A program made the position numbers and the translations under genes. The notes beneath the pieces are model-generated. The model worked only from the letters and a program-made list of their open reading frames with translations. It ran no database searches and was not told where the DNA came from. From Moniliella sp. 'wahieum' (lineage: Eukaryota), in contig RSEE01000053.1 of NCBI GenBank assembly GCA_003971905.1, positions 62,001 through 126,000 on the forward strand: a DNA stretch of 64,000 bases. The letters are read 5' to 3'. Positions 1 through 13,950 of this stretch are shown here, piece by piece (position 1 is the stretch's first letter; each line of letters opens with the position of its first letter).

Positions 1-1603
1 ATCCGAACGATCATCGAGATCATGGATCATCATAGACAGACACCATGCATCAACCAGCCGGGTTCCACCGTGGAGAACACCCGAGCTCAGGCGCTCAGGA
101 GGAAGGACAGGAGAGCCGGCTATCTCTTCGTCCTGTGCTTGCCGCATTCCACGAGGTGTGACATGTGCGGTGCGTCCACATACTGTAAAACCAAGCAAAA
201 TGGCGCAGTTCTCACGCGAAAGTTTCCGTGCCGTCTGGCTATCCTTTGCGATACCCCTCGACCCGACCGCACACCCATACGCGCCTGGTCGAGCAAGCAA
301 GGTCGGGGGATGGCGCGGGTGTGACGCCACACTGGTGTAGTGGCGCCGGTAGCCCAAGTCCGGAACCTTCTGGTTTGTTCCGTGCAATATTCCTTCCTGG
401 CTGGAAGGAATATTCTCTAGCCTCTGTAGCTCATGTGCAATGCAATTCACTACCAACTGCCTGTCCTCTGGTCTTCTACAGTGGGATGTGGCGGCATTCG
501 ACCAACAGGACACACATGGCATAGCGCAACAATGGGCGAAGGACAAGGGGAGTGTATATAGGCGCCAGGGGGGCATATCTTTTGACGGTCTACTATACAA
601 CCTAGATAACCGGTTAAACTTGAATAAGTTTTGCGTTTGTTTCTGGTATGGGCTAGGCAGGGGTATTATTGGACGCGGCTTGAGAGTCCTCGGTAGCTCA
701 GTACGGGTCTGTTGGGGGGTTTGGCGTCTTGCAAAGCTGTTCCTCTGTTGCATATTGCATGTACTTCGTTGACGCGTTGACGCGTTGACGACCCTGCGAT
801 TGGACTATGGGACGCCCAGCCTGGCTCGCGAGCAAATGGATTTTGAAGCTTGAAGCGTGAAGGGATTTGCAGACCAAACGAACCAATCAGCGTAAGAGGG
901 CGGTGCGGCCTGCGGATCCACCCATCACCGGTGGCCACCAAGGGGGCAGTGCCAAATGCGGTGCAACCAGTCGTATCACCGGACCACCGCCACGTCGATC
1001 ACTAGCATCATCGATCACTCGATCACTAGCTATAGCTAGCTATCCTATATCATATATCACTAGCTCAGCGCTCGCTCCCGAAGTTCGTAGTCACTAGCTC
1101 GTTAGGGTCTTTCGCTCATGGCGCTCATGCATCAAGCTCGCGCAACCACAGGTCGCTAGCACTGCCCAAACGGCCTCCAGCTGGCCTCCAGCTTGCCCAG
1201 CTGCTCGGCTTGTGCGGGGGGTGGCATAATGGGGTGGCCAGGGACGCGTGACGGCGAGACCTGAGGTGGGCCTGAGACCCTGAGGCTGTGAGCAACCCAG
1301 TTACTGGGATCTACTAGGTACTCACTGAGTGCGTGTTGTGACGCGTGGGCGCGTGGGCCGGAGGGATGAGTCGGGTCAGTAGGTTGGGTTACAGAGTGAA
1401 TATTGAACATTGAACACTGAGTGAAAGGCGGATCGAGGCATTGCTATGCAGTGGAGAGTGACACAGGCTGCGTAGTGTGAGCTGTGGATCTCCTTCCTCC
1501 ACGCAATCCAACCTCGGCCTCCCCCAACCGAACCGCTGATAGCTTCTTCCTCACTTCCTTCACCTGCCCCACCACCTCCTCTTGACCTTTTTTCCTTTGT
1601 GCC

Positions 1604-2835
1604 ATGTCGTCCACCCAAAAGAAAGTGCGAACGGTACCGTGTGCATACAAGACGGGCCGCACCTTGGGCAGTGGCACCTACGCCGTAGTCAAAGAGGCGC
1701 AACGAATCGTCGATGGCCAACGGTTTGCCTGCAAGATCATTACCAAAAAGTTGCTGCGGGGACGTGCAGATGATCCGCAACGAGATTTTGGCCATGAGGA
1801 AAGTCCCAAGGCCATCCCAACTGTGTCACGTTGGTGGACTATTTCGAGACGCTCAACAGCCTCTATGTCGTCACTGAGCTCTGCACGGGAGGGGAACTGT
1901 TTGACCGGATTTGCGCACGGGGATCGTATTATGAAAAGTACGTTTTGATTGGTACCCAGCACCCACCCATTCCTCTGGCTCTATCTAGAGCGAATCTGAC
2001 CCCCCTCCCCCTTCTCCCTGCCCGTTCCCGCATCCTGTAGGGATGCCGCCCACCTCGTACGAACCATCGTAGATGCCGTCAAGTACCTGCACGCCAACGG
2101 CGTTATTCACCGTGGTACGCCCCCTCCTTCCCAGTTTCCCCCCATTGTCGCTGTTGACACTGCCTTGACCGCCTAACACCTGTCTCTCCATTCTACTTAG
2201 ACCTCAAACCTGAGAATCTGCTCTTCAAGGACAAGGGCGAAAAGCTGAGCTGGTCATTGCCGATTTTGGACTGTCACGCATTGTGGACGATGGCAAGATG
2301 ACGCTACTCAACACAACCTGTGGTACGCCCGGGTACATGGCACCTGAGATCTTTACTAAGACGGGACACTATAAGCCAGTGGATTTGTGGGCGGTAGGGT
2401 GATCACCTACTTTCTCCTCTCGGGTTACACGCCCTTTGATCGTGACTCGATGGCCGAGGAGGTCAAGGCGATCACGCGGGCTGACTATGCGTTTGAACCG
2501 CGTGTGTACTGGGACCGCGTCTCTCCCTCGGCCAAGGACTTTATTGCGAAACTCTTGGTGGTCGATCCAGGGAAGCGCATGACGGCCGCCAAGCGTTGGA
2601 GCACCCTTGGTTGGCCGGCGCGGAACCGCAAGATGCAGATTTGATGCCCGGGATGAAACGAGCGTTTGATGGCAAGATGACGTTCCGCAAGGCAGTCAAT
2701 GGGATCCGTTTGATCAATCGGTTGCGCTCCGAGGCCCACTCGGTCGATCCCAACCCAGTCCGGCCCGACGAGGTGGAGAGATCCAACGCTCGATCGACCT
2801 TACCAAGCAGGAGCCGCCACCCGCCCACGTTCTAG
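1604..2835 (+). CDS. CMK1: Calcium/calmodulin-dependent protein kinase I (CaMK1/Cmk1); introns 1938-2040 and 2115-2200; frameshifted
   Basis: Kinase motifs across frames: LGSGTYAVVK, FACKII, ELCTGGELFDRI, HR|DLKPENL (split by intron 2), ADFGLS, CGTPGYMAPE, YFLLSGYTPFD, HPWL. The CaM-binding tail reads FRKAVNGIRLINRL. Both introns are GTACG..TAG. Confidence 0.9.
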
Positions 2836-3356
2836 CGGCAGAGTTCTAAATTCGATCATCTTCTCGTTTGTGGTACTTGATAGTATGCAGGCCTGTATCT
2901 TCAACACCCAAGGCTTATAGGTGTAGAGTAGTAGAAAAGAATGCGTACCCTCAGACCCAAGGGTACACTAGCACGTTCGGATGGAGACGCTTTATTCTCC
3001 GCGTAGGCTCTGTCTGCCCCGTCTCGAAGCGGCCAATTAAAGCTATGCATCAGTGGTAGATACAGGGCGGGCATTAGTGATTTGGCTTAACGCACAGAGG
3101 GGGCTCGGCTGTCCAGTCACCTCCCCTACCGAAGAGAATTGATACTTCTAGTAGGAACTACACGCATCAAATAGATCAGCCAGACACAGGGACACAACAC
3201 CGTTCATTGCACTGGCGGCTGGGCCGGTGTAAAGAAAAAGGACAAAAAGGTAGGTCTTGGTAGCGGGGATTAATGACCTTAAGATCTAAGATTCTTCAGA
3301 TTAGACTTAAACAACTGGAGTCACATGTCACAGCGCTTGGATCGGCTCCAAGCAGC

Positions 3357-4413
3357 TCACAGCTTGGCAGCAAACTGCACGCCTTTGTCCACGTTCCCAC
3401 CCAGGTCTTTGACAGCAGTCTTGATCAGCTCTTTTTCGTATTCGCTCACGGCCGGGAGGGGGAGGACCTTCTCCACGCCACGGGGGCCCAAAACAACGGG
3501 AACAGAGAAGAAGATAGGCTCGGAAGCCAGTTGCTTTTTCACTTCGGCCCCACCTGCCGGGTCGGCAGCCAGGTCCACGTAGCTGTACTCGGTCTGGGTC
3601 TTGCCCTGTGCTGCCTCCAGCACGGAAATGGCAAACCGTGCACCAGCATAGGCCATCGAGAGGGTCGCGCCCCGCCACCATTCTTCGCCTTGACCACTTC
3701 ATCACCACCGAATTGGATGCGGTTGGTAAGGTGGGCGATGGTCGCCTGGTCCAATGCCTACTTCGCGTCAGCCACAGCAGAATTTACAGAAAAGATGGTT
3801 AGGTGGGGGGAGGCTGGTTGGTTACGACGTACCACACGCGGCTCGCTTGGCTGAGAAGGGGCACGATCGTGTGCCCCGAATGGCCTCCGATCACGGGCAC
3901 CTTCCACCGAGCGACTCGAGCGGCTTGTGTGCCGCTTCGGCAACAAATGTGCTGGCCCGTACCACGTCGAGGGTGGTGACGCCGAACAGGCGGCGAGGGT
4001 CGTACACACCCTTCTGCTTGAGCACCTCGGCAAAGATGGGCACCGTCGAGTTGACCGGGTTGGAGATGACCAACACAAACGCCTTGGGGGCGTTGGCGGC
4101 ATGGAAAAGCAATGCCAGCGCAGTCTTGGCATTGACGTTGAAGAGGTCGTCGCGGGTCATGCCGGGCTGCGGGGGACGCCGGCCGGGATGATAACCAGGT
4201 CGGCGTTGGACAGCGCCTTGTCCAGGCCATTGTCGGCGGGGAGGTAGCCTGTGACGCGGGCGGGGGTGTTGATGTGCGACACATCGGCCGCTACGCCGGG
4301 CGCATTGACCACGTCATAGAGGGCGAGCTCGTGGATGAGCGGAGACTGCTTGAGCAGAAGCGAGAGCGGCTGGCCGATTCCGCCGGCGGCACCAACAACA
4401 CAGCTTTGACCAT
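3357..4413 (-). CDS. MDH: NAD malate dehydrogenase (cytosolic/peroxisomal type, ends in AKL); intron 3758-3832; frameshifted
   Basis: [93 protein letters not shown]-terminus GVQFAAKL*. Confidence 0.95.
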
Positions 4414-5627
4414 GATGCACAAGCGAGGGAGGTGGTGGGGGGTGAGGGGGCTGCCGGTGCTGCCCCGTGCGCATGCAGGCGGGACACACGGCTACGGCAA
4501 TGCCGGCCCCGAGGCCGGGCCCGGCGGTGACGCGGGCGACGCGTGAGAGCTGAGAGACGCTGAGGGTGGGTGAGCCTCAGCTGGCGGGACGCTGGGCGGC
4601 TGCTCCGTCTGCGGCTGCACGATTCAACTTTCAAATCAGATGCCAAATTGTGAAGCACATGTCACCCTGCCTTCAAGTTTCAAGCGTCCCGCTCTCCTGT
4701 CTGGTATTCGTGAATGCCGCCTCACCCCTCACCGGTCACGCTCACCCATCCTTCCTTCCCTGCCTTGGGCGCGTGGCCTCTGCGCCGAACTTTCATTACG
4801 CGATCCGCCCACGGGCGGAATCAGTTTTTTCCGCCCTCCACGAACCAGTGGGCTTTATTTTGCGCCGTTCGGCTGGCGACCTCTTTCTTCTTTTCTTCGA
4901 ACAAAAATCCAAAGGAGGTGCGTACCCAACTGGCTCTCAGATCTCACTGCCCATGCTCCGGCCCCGCTAACCTCCTCCCCAGACTCAAAAGTTCGGTGCT
5001 GGTCATTTCCTCCGTCCCAGTACCGTTCCCGTCTCCAAGAACAATTGTGCCAGCTTGGGCCGGGCCTCGTGCCAGTGTTGTCGTGAATGAGCTTCGCGCT
5101 CCTAGTGGGTCAGTCTGCCCCTCGTTGAGGTACGGCGGACCATGATCCCCCTAGTCCAGGCGCACAGCACGGGCCGACATGTATGTGTGTGTGTTCTGCA
5201 GATCTTGGTGGCTTGTTGTGGTTTGGTCAAGGTTCAGCGAACCGGTCAAGCTAGTCATAGCACTGTACTTCCGAGCCTTCTGCCTCACCACAGGATGACT
5301 ATTGTTGCCGCCCCAGGCGGATAATGTCCCATGAAGATTAGCACGATCAAAGCCAAAGATCTCTTCTGATTCCTTCATCCAATCGAGATGAACATGCCAT
5401 TCTGACTGTTTTTTTTTCTCTACAGACCTTCGCATCAATTCATTCCCTTTCTCTCGTCTTCCTTTGCTGCATTGCCATAGAACATCCGTACACCTTATAT
5501 CCAGATGGGCGATGGGGATGTGACCGAGGTCTGTCAAGGTCTGTCAATCAATTGGACTGGTCAGAGCGCATGTGCACACTGGGATTATTGCAAGGGATGC
5601 ATAGAAGACCACATTCAGAGGTCACAT

Positions 5628-6792
<1,165 letters not shown>

Positions 6793-7528
6793 GGTGAAGG
6801 GGTGGTGGAGCAGAGAAGGTGGGGAGGCGGAGGAGGTGGAGGAGGGGCCAGGCCAAGAAGTATGCGCGAGAAGCAGCTCTCAAACCTCCCATCCCAAACT
6901 CAACCCAAGCTAACCCAACCCAATCCAGCGTTCGGATTAATCTGATGCTGGCATCCCAGCGCTTGGCTCCACTTCGCGCGGCTTTAAAGCCAACCCTAGC
7001 ACACCACACTGCCCCCAAGCTGGCCACCCGCAATAGGCCCATCTGGCCGACTGCAGATCATCGATCATCAATTCTTGCACAATTCATCACACGTCACGCG
7101 TCCTGCCTCGTATTTAATGGTTGAGATGATACGGCCTCTCTGTCAACGCACAGGCTATCGGTCGTCCACAACCAGCGGTCCTTCCCTCTCTCCCATCTGC
7201 GTCCAGCATATGCCATGCTCCATGCCGCATATACTTTCGCATTCTAGCGTCGCTCTTCCGCCCTCTCTAGCGCGCTGGTTCCCGCCTCCAACGTCAGGAC
7301 GGCTACAAGATGGCTACCGAGGGTGGCGAAGCGGGCGCGGACAAGGGGAAGCATGGCCGCCAAGCGCTTCGCGTCGCCTTGAGCAAGGTGGGTGGACACG
7401 CCCTGTGCTGATGGTGCCTACCGGTAGCGACTGAAACCTATGACCGATGCATGGTTCACCATGGCCAATACAGAATGAAACAGAGGAGGTATAAGTACAA
7501 AGTACAACAGGTTCAGTCGGTTCACTGT

Positions 7529-8907
7529 TCACTTGTCCGCCCGCGGATCGGTTTGAGGTTCCTCCTCGACCCAGCTGCCCAACAGATCCGGGGGCAGCTC
7601 GTGCATTTGGACCGAAGGTGCGCCGTGAAGGTAACGCAGATTGTCGAGACAAGCCACGCGGATCTTTTCGAGCGAAGCACGGGTGTTCTGATTTTCCAGG
7701 CGTCCGCCTTGCCCACCCGCGTTGGGCCGTGCTCGCAGTGGCTCATGCAACCGTTTGGAGGGGAGGAAGAAGGCATCAAACTCTGTGTGTGGCAGGTGGT
7801 CAGGGACCTGTTGGTTGAGCAGCACTGCCGTCTCATACGTCCAGCACCGCGCCACGTTGCGCACCGTGTACCCGCCCCCTCCCACTGTGAGCAAGGGGAT
7901 CCCAAACTGCCGGACGAAGCGCACGCACTCCCCATGCGCTGCAACCGAGAGGTTGAAGCAGCCCAGTCGGTCGTTCCCAAGCGAGTCCGCGCCACACTGG
8001 AGCACAATCGCGGCTGGATCAAACGTATTGACAATCGGTTCCATAATGGCCTTGAAGAGGGCAACGTAGGATGCATCGTCGATCCCATCAGCAAGGGGAA
8101 CGTTCATGCAGAAATGCTTGCCAAGCGCAACCCCCGTCTCGCGCAGCGCACCGGTGCATGGGAAAAAGTCGTTGCCATACTTGTGAAAGCTTACAGTGAA
8201 AACGCGATTCGAGTTGTAAAAGGCTTCTTGGACCCCATCCCCATGGTGGACATCAATGTCAATGTAGAGCACACGCGGTGATGACGCAGTAGCTCCATGA
8301 TGGCCAGCACAATATCGTTAATGTAACAAAAGCCACTGGCCTCGGACTTTTTGGCATGGTGCAGTCCCCCAGACCAGTTGATGGCAATGTCAGTCGTGCC
8401 CGTGTTGAGTTTGCGTGCGGCGGCAAGCGAGGCGCCCGCATAGGAGCGGCAAAATTCGTACATGCCATCAAACACGGGACAATCATCGGCAAAGTTGAAT
8501 CGGGTGAAAGCTGCGGTGGGTGGCGAGGAAGGCGTAACAGTGGCCAAGAACTGAATGTAATCCGGATCGTGGAAGGCCTCCATCTCCCCCGCGAAGCGGG
8601 GATGGGAGAAGAGGCCATGCATGTATGTATGCAAGCCGTATCCGAGAACGAGCCGGTTGGTTAACGTCAGACGCGCAGGCTTCATTGGGTGTCGCTCGCC
8701 GTAGTGGTAATGGCCGACGCCCTTGGGGAAGTAGTAGCTCACAACAGGCTCCGAGTGGGCTCGCACCCGCTCGGCATCCGTGCTCACAGCCTCACCTCCG
8801 CCATTCACGGCAAGGGGAGCAGCACCAAAAAATGGCGTGTCGCTCATGGTTGTCCACGCGTTGCCCGCCACATCGTCCAGCGCCGCATCGTAGGCCAGCA
8901 CCACCAT
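7529..8907 (-). CDS. HOS2: Class I histone deacetylase, Hos2-like; frameshifted (start at 8907 or 8847)
   Basis: [87 protein letters not shown]. The N-terminal [10 protein letters not shown] fits Hos2 better than Rpd3. Confidence 0.88.
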
Positions 8908-9796
8908 CGAACGTGTTGTTGGTCAAAAACGAGGCGGTGATGGGCTGTGGCGATGGCTACGAAGGTGGTGGGCGGAATGAAACGCATCGGCGGAATATTG
9001 CATGAAAGGTCCATATACTTGACCCCCGATTTCAAATTCAGCCGCGCCTCATCCTGCCCCCTGGACACGCCGGAAACAGCGCACAGCACCAAAAGAAGCG
9101 TTACTCCCACCTACTACCGTTAGCAGGACACCATTCCGACTGACGCTGCAGATCCCACTCTTGACGCGTTTCGAAATAGTGGTTGTAAGTGGCTGAGACG
9201 CAGGGGATCCCCTCTCCCAGCTGCTGGAGGGTAGTGCTAGGGTTCCCCTGCACGGCCCTCATCAGTTGATCGGCGACGCTCGCTTCGCCGGGCGGAAGAG
9301 TTCCGCTCGCAGGCCGCGCACCCCCTGCTCGCTCCATCTTCCACTCTCTCTGTCTCTTTCTCTTCAGACGTTGCTTGAAGACTTGTGGGTCACTACTTTG
9401 CCTTCACGCCTTGTCTGAAGACTGCTTTGCAGCTGATCCATAGATCGCGAGTGCTCCCAAGTCGCACTCTAGCACCAGCCCTTTCTACTTTTAATGGCCC
9501 ACAACGTTACGCCGACGGTGTCCAGCCCTCCAATGTAGTCGATTGGCGTCGTTTGTTGGCCCTCATGAGGAGGAGCGTGGGAGAAGCGTACTGGGTCGGA
9601 TGTATATTGACCCCGCATAACATTGCCGACGAAATGGCCGTAGGTAATGAACGCGGCATAGGGTTGCGCAATGAAAAGAAAAAAAGCTGCGGAACCCTAT
9701 TGCAACCCTTTTCCGTCTCCGCCTTCCGCCACCCTCCGCTTGGACGCCGTGCTGGCGCAGTAGTGTGTGCCGCTCCCACCCACCTCACCAAGTCTT

Positions 9797-9867
9797 GTAC
9801 GTCTTGTCCTAGTCGTTTTCGCTCACCATTCCCCTGTCCTGGAAGCAAAGTGCTGACTGAAACGCAG
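9797..9867 (+). other. Probable 5'-UTR intron of RPS18
   Basis: GTACGT donor at 9797, GCTGAC branch point near 9852, CAG acceptor ending at 9867, 10 nt before the ATG at 9877. Confidence 0.65.
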
Positions 9868-9876
9868 TTGCCCATC

Positions 9877-10472
9877 ATGTCTCTTGTTCCTATGGACGCC
9901 TCGCAGAGCTTTGCGCACATTCTGCGTTTGCTCAACACCAATGTGGACGGTAGGGTCAAGATCATGTACGCCCTGACCCAGATCAAGGGTGTCGGCCGCC
10001 GGTTTGCCAACATGGTGTGCAAGAAGGCCGACATTGACCTGAACAAGCGGTACGTCCAGATCGTCTTGATTGAGGGGTGTCGCAGGCGATGTGCATTCCG
10101 CCTCCGTCCCTGCTACCGTTCCTTGTGGGTTCGGTGCCTGCAATATAACTGCTTTACTACGACCCTTGTGGATGCACCAGTGCTGGTGAGCTCAACTCGG
10201 ATGAGTTGGAGCGTGTGGTGAACATTCTGCAGAACCCACAGGAGTTCAAGATCCCGGACTGGTTCCTCAACCGGCAGCGGGATGTGACGACTGGCAAGTC
10301 GTCCCAGCTTGTGTCTAACAACATTGACTCTGCCCTGCGCGAGGACATTGAGCGGTTGAAGAAGATCCGCGCCCACCGCGGTATCCGCCACTACCTCCAG
10401 CTCCGTGTGCGTGGCCAGCACACCAAGACCACTGGTCGCCGTGGCCGCGCCATTGCCGGCAAGAAAAAGTAA
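9877..10472 (+). CDS. RPS18: 40S ribosomal protein S18 (uS13); intron 10050-10180
   Basis: [60 protein letters not shown]. The spliced ORF is intact. Confidence 0.97.
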
Positions 10473-10990
10473 ACGCATTTGCTTGTTTTTTTTCCGCCTG
10501 TGGCTTGCCCCCTTTGGTGGTTCCGGCTCGCTCCCTTGCTGGACATGGCAATACCTGGCTCAGGACGGGCATACTATGTCCCCATGCATCCTCGCTGTGC
10601 AGTGTAGCAGCACAAATGGCACACGCCTTCATGCTAACGCAAGGACGCTACAGTGGTTCGTAGAGAAGCAGAGGCGGCGGATAGAGACGATGGCCTCATG
10701 GCGGTGTGGGCATGCGAGCAGCGTGGGGTGGTGGGGGGTGGGGGTGGTGCGTGCCATCTGAGGTCAGACGCGAGGGTGGCGGGGGACAAGCGAGACAGGT
10801 GGCGTAGTGGCTGCGTAGGCGGGCGGGTAAACAAAAGATACGCCAGCCCAGGCACAGGGGCACTGCGGCGGGAGATAGGCTTTGGGGGGACGTGGCCGTC
10901 GGTGGGTGGGCGGTGCAGGCCGAATTGGTGCCTGAGCGCAAGGCACCGTCACCGGCACTGCCCATCGCCGCGTCTGCCTGCGCACCACCA

Positions 10991-13950
10991 ATGTTCTCCC
11001 GCCGCCACGCCGCCGTCGGGGGGACGCCCCCGAGCACGCCTTCGCAGTGCCCTCCTCCTCCCGCACGCCCAGCGCCATCGGCGCCGTCGCCCATTTTTAC
11101 CGACCCCGCCTTCCGCCTGTCGACGACCAACGACGCCTACGCGCCCGCGGCCCAGGCTTCCATCCATCCACGGCCAGTGCCAAGCAAGGCCCACACCCTG
11201 GCGCCTCCTTCGGCCCCACGCCGTCCCCTGATGCCATCTCGGACCGACCCGGCCTTGTACCCTCCTTCGCCCCCGCGCACAAACATCATCAACCACCGCC
11301 GCTGCCCTCCACGTTCACACTGCCCCTGGATATGCCCCCCTCCCTGCTCCCACCCCTACCTCTGGCGCTGGTACCCCGGCTTTCCCACCTATCCCCAGCT
11401 CCAACCCCGTCCCCAGCCCCAGCCCCCGTGCCTCCCCCTGCGCCTCCATCGACAATCAATTATACCGAGGAGAGCCGCGCAGCTCGGCGTCGGATGAGGG
11501 CAGGCAAGCCTCGTCCCCCCAGGGCTGCATCAGGGTGGGTGCCCGCCTCGATGCATCCTGAAGTAGCGGGAGCCGCCGGAAATGCCACATTCCCCTCCCA
11601 ACCCAAGAAGGAAGAGCTTCACCCTGCTCTATCTGGGTTGGGAGGCGTCAGAGCACGCAGCATTCGCCGTGCTCATCAACACCAGCAGCAGCCTTCACCT
11701 GTAACGGGGCCCCTGAATCGTCGCTCCACGCTTCGGAAACAAGTCATTCCGAGTGACGATCCCGAGCCCCCGATTGGGCAGTCCTTCTCTCCCCAAGGTG
11801 TAGAGGACCGAGTGACTCCGGTTCGTCGGCCTACCTTGGCGGAAATGGACGATTCCTTTGGTCCAGAGTGGGATGACCCCGATGCCCTCAAGGCTGCGCT
11901 GGGTCGCACGTTGAGCATGTGGAAATGCAGGTGTGTCTTGTTTTCCTTTGTTCGGCAAATGGCACTAACGTTGGACTGCACAGCCATGGACGTCGTCGAT
12001 GCAATGCCAGAAGCGATCGAGGTGAGGGATATACGTCGCTCGGGATCTTTGCGCCAACGACAGCGAGAAGGCAAAGGTATGGGTCGGCCAGATCCACCGG
12101 AAAGGTGCCACCCGTCCCTCTCTCGGCGGGGAACATGTTTCTTCAACAAGCGCAAGCGAGCCTCCGTTGCGTCGCGATCCTCTTCCCCCCCAAGCGGGAT
12201 CTTTCTCTTCTGCCGGCGCGATCCCTCCCGCCGAGAGCAACCCACTCCTTTGACGAAAGAGATCTCTGTCCGCCCACCTGTTACTTCTCCAGCGGATACA
12301 GACGCTGCCTATGCCGATCTCGACATGGATGAACTGGCGGGGGGGAGTGCTTCGGCCACTCAATCGTACGGGATGATCATTGAGGCATATGCTAACCCAT
12401 CGCCCAGTTCCGTCCATTCGCCCTCCCGTCCTTTCAGCTCAACTGCTCTCAATTCAACCGCATCCAATGCAGAAACGATGGCGCGCGAACGTCTCATTTC
12501 TGCACTGGAAAGTGGACCCCAACCAAGACATAGCGTTGCACAGCCAGAACTGCCACCGGCCTATCTGACCCAGATGCACAAGGCTCAGCGGCAGGGCCTG
12601 CCTATCGTATCCATGCCTAGGGACGGAGGAGCTAGTACTGCTCCCTCGAACCCGCCCCCTGCCCCTTTTTCAGCGGGTCAGGCTTACAATCAATCCCCTC
12701 GCCCCCCGGGTGGTCAGCCAACTTCCCCCACCACTTCAGTGCGCTCCTTACCCGTCGCTGGTCCCCATGCCCTGAGAGGATCCGCGCCCGGCCCTGTCCT
12801 CCAAGGTACCCCGCGCGTCCTTTGGAGGCATACGCGCACAGCCAGCGCCAACCTCGCTCATTGCAGACGTCGCCTCCCGGCTCCGGGGACAGCGAGGCCA
12901 AGTTCGCCGGGAACATCGAGGTTACAGTATTTACCTTCCCCTTCAGCCCACCAAACGCCCCCAAGGCCACCCTGTAGCTACCCGCGTACAGTCTCAGCAG
13001 TCCCGCCCGCCTCTCCCCCAGACACAACCGTCCGCACCCTCGCGCCAGCCCCCCGCCCCAGGCCAAGGTCGAGGTGCTCCCCCACCACCCCAACAATGGA
13101 CGAGTGCTCCCGGAACATATGCTTCGGTTCACGCTGTGGGATCCTCCCGCTCAGCACCCAGTTCAGCAGCACCCACGCAGAAAGCCTCGGTTCAGCGTGC
13201 TCAAGCTCCGCACCCACGGGGCAAGGTGTGCACTCTCCAACGCAGCCGCCCATGCAACTTCAGCCTCGTCCCCTCCCCCCCCGGGGACATGAAAAGGAAA
13301 AAGAAAAGGACAAGGACAAGCGAAGCTTTACCGCCTGGTTTGGGAAGCGGATGAAGAGTTGAGCAAAGGCACTAAAGTGCTTGGTGCGCTGTTTGGGAAG
13401 AAGAAGGAATCGCTTGCGCCCTTGCATCCTTCCAAAAAGAAGGCCAAGATTCAACGCTTCCCTGTCAACATGGAGCGGGCGATTTATCGACTGAGCCACT
13501 ACAAACTAGCGGATCCGCGTCGACCATTGAGCGAACAAGTGACGATCACCAACCTCATGTTCTGGTACTTGGCCTTGGTCAATAAGAAGTTGCGCTCATG
13601 CGAGGGGAACAGACGCTCTCGCGCCCTGCGATCGAAGAAGAAGGCATGTCTGGACCCAAGAAACTGTGTCGGATGGACTACCAGGTCAACCCAGAGCAGC
13701 CTCAGTGGGTCAGCTGAAAGTGGTCAAACCTCTGTCCCATTCTTACGGGTGGAGACGATACGCGCACCAAGAACCGATGGGAATGGAACACCATCCTGGC
13801 CCTCACCCCCCGAGGGGCGGGAACCCTTGGGCTGCAGCGAGGGGGGTTCAAGGGGGAATCGGACACCACTTGACCCATTCATCCTCAGGAGTACCGCGAC
13901 CTGCTTCGCCAGTGGCTTCTCGCCCAGTACGCTACTCTACCCAGGGGTAA
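10991..13950 (+). CDS. ZDS1: Large Pro/Ser-rich protein with C-terminal Zds_C domain (Zds1-like); intron ~11931-11983; frameshifted, ends approximate
   Basis: RFPVNMERAIYRLSHYKLADPRRPLSEQVTITNLMFWYL (~13455-13570) matches the Zds1 C-terminal motif. Long low-complexity ORF 11047-13362 lies upstream. Confidence 0.72.

Noticed and set aside
7451..8281. Long antisense ORFs (also 5784-6476, 28117-29001, 31552-32277, 43029-43763, 55635-56501)
   Set aside because: Shadows of real genes on the opposite strand, caused by GC-rich codon bias.
10155..10162. Non-canonical branch point in RPS18 intron 2 (TACTAC) and a 6-bp GCAGGC/GCCTGC stem suggesting autoregulation or a snoRNA
   Set aside because: TACTAC is most simply TACTAAC with a 1-nt assembly deletion; the stem is too short and there are no paired C/D or H/ACA boxes.
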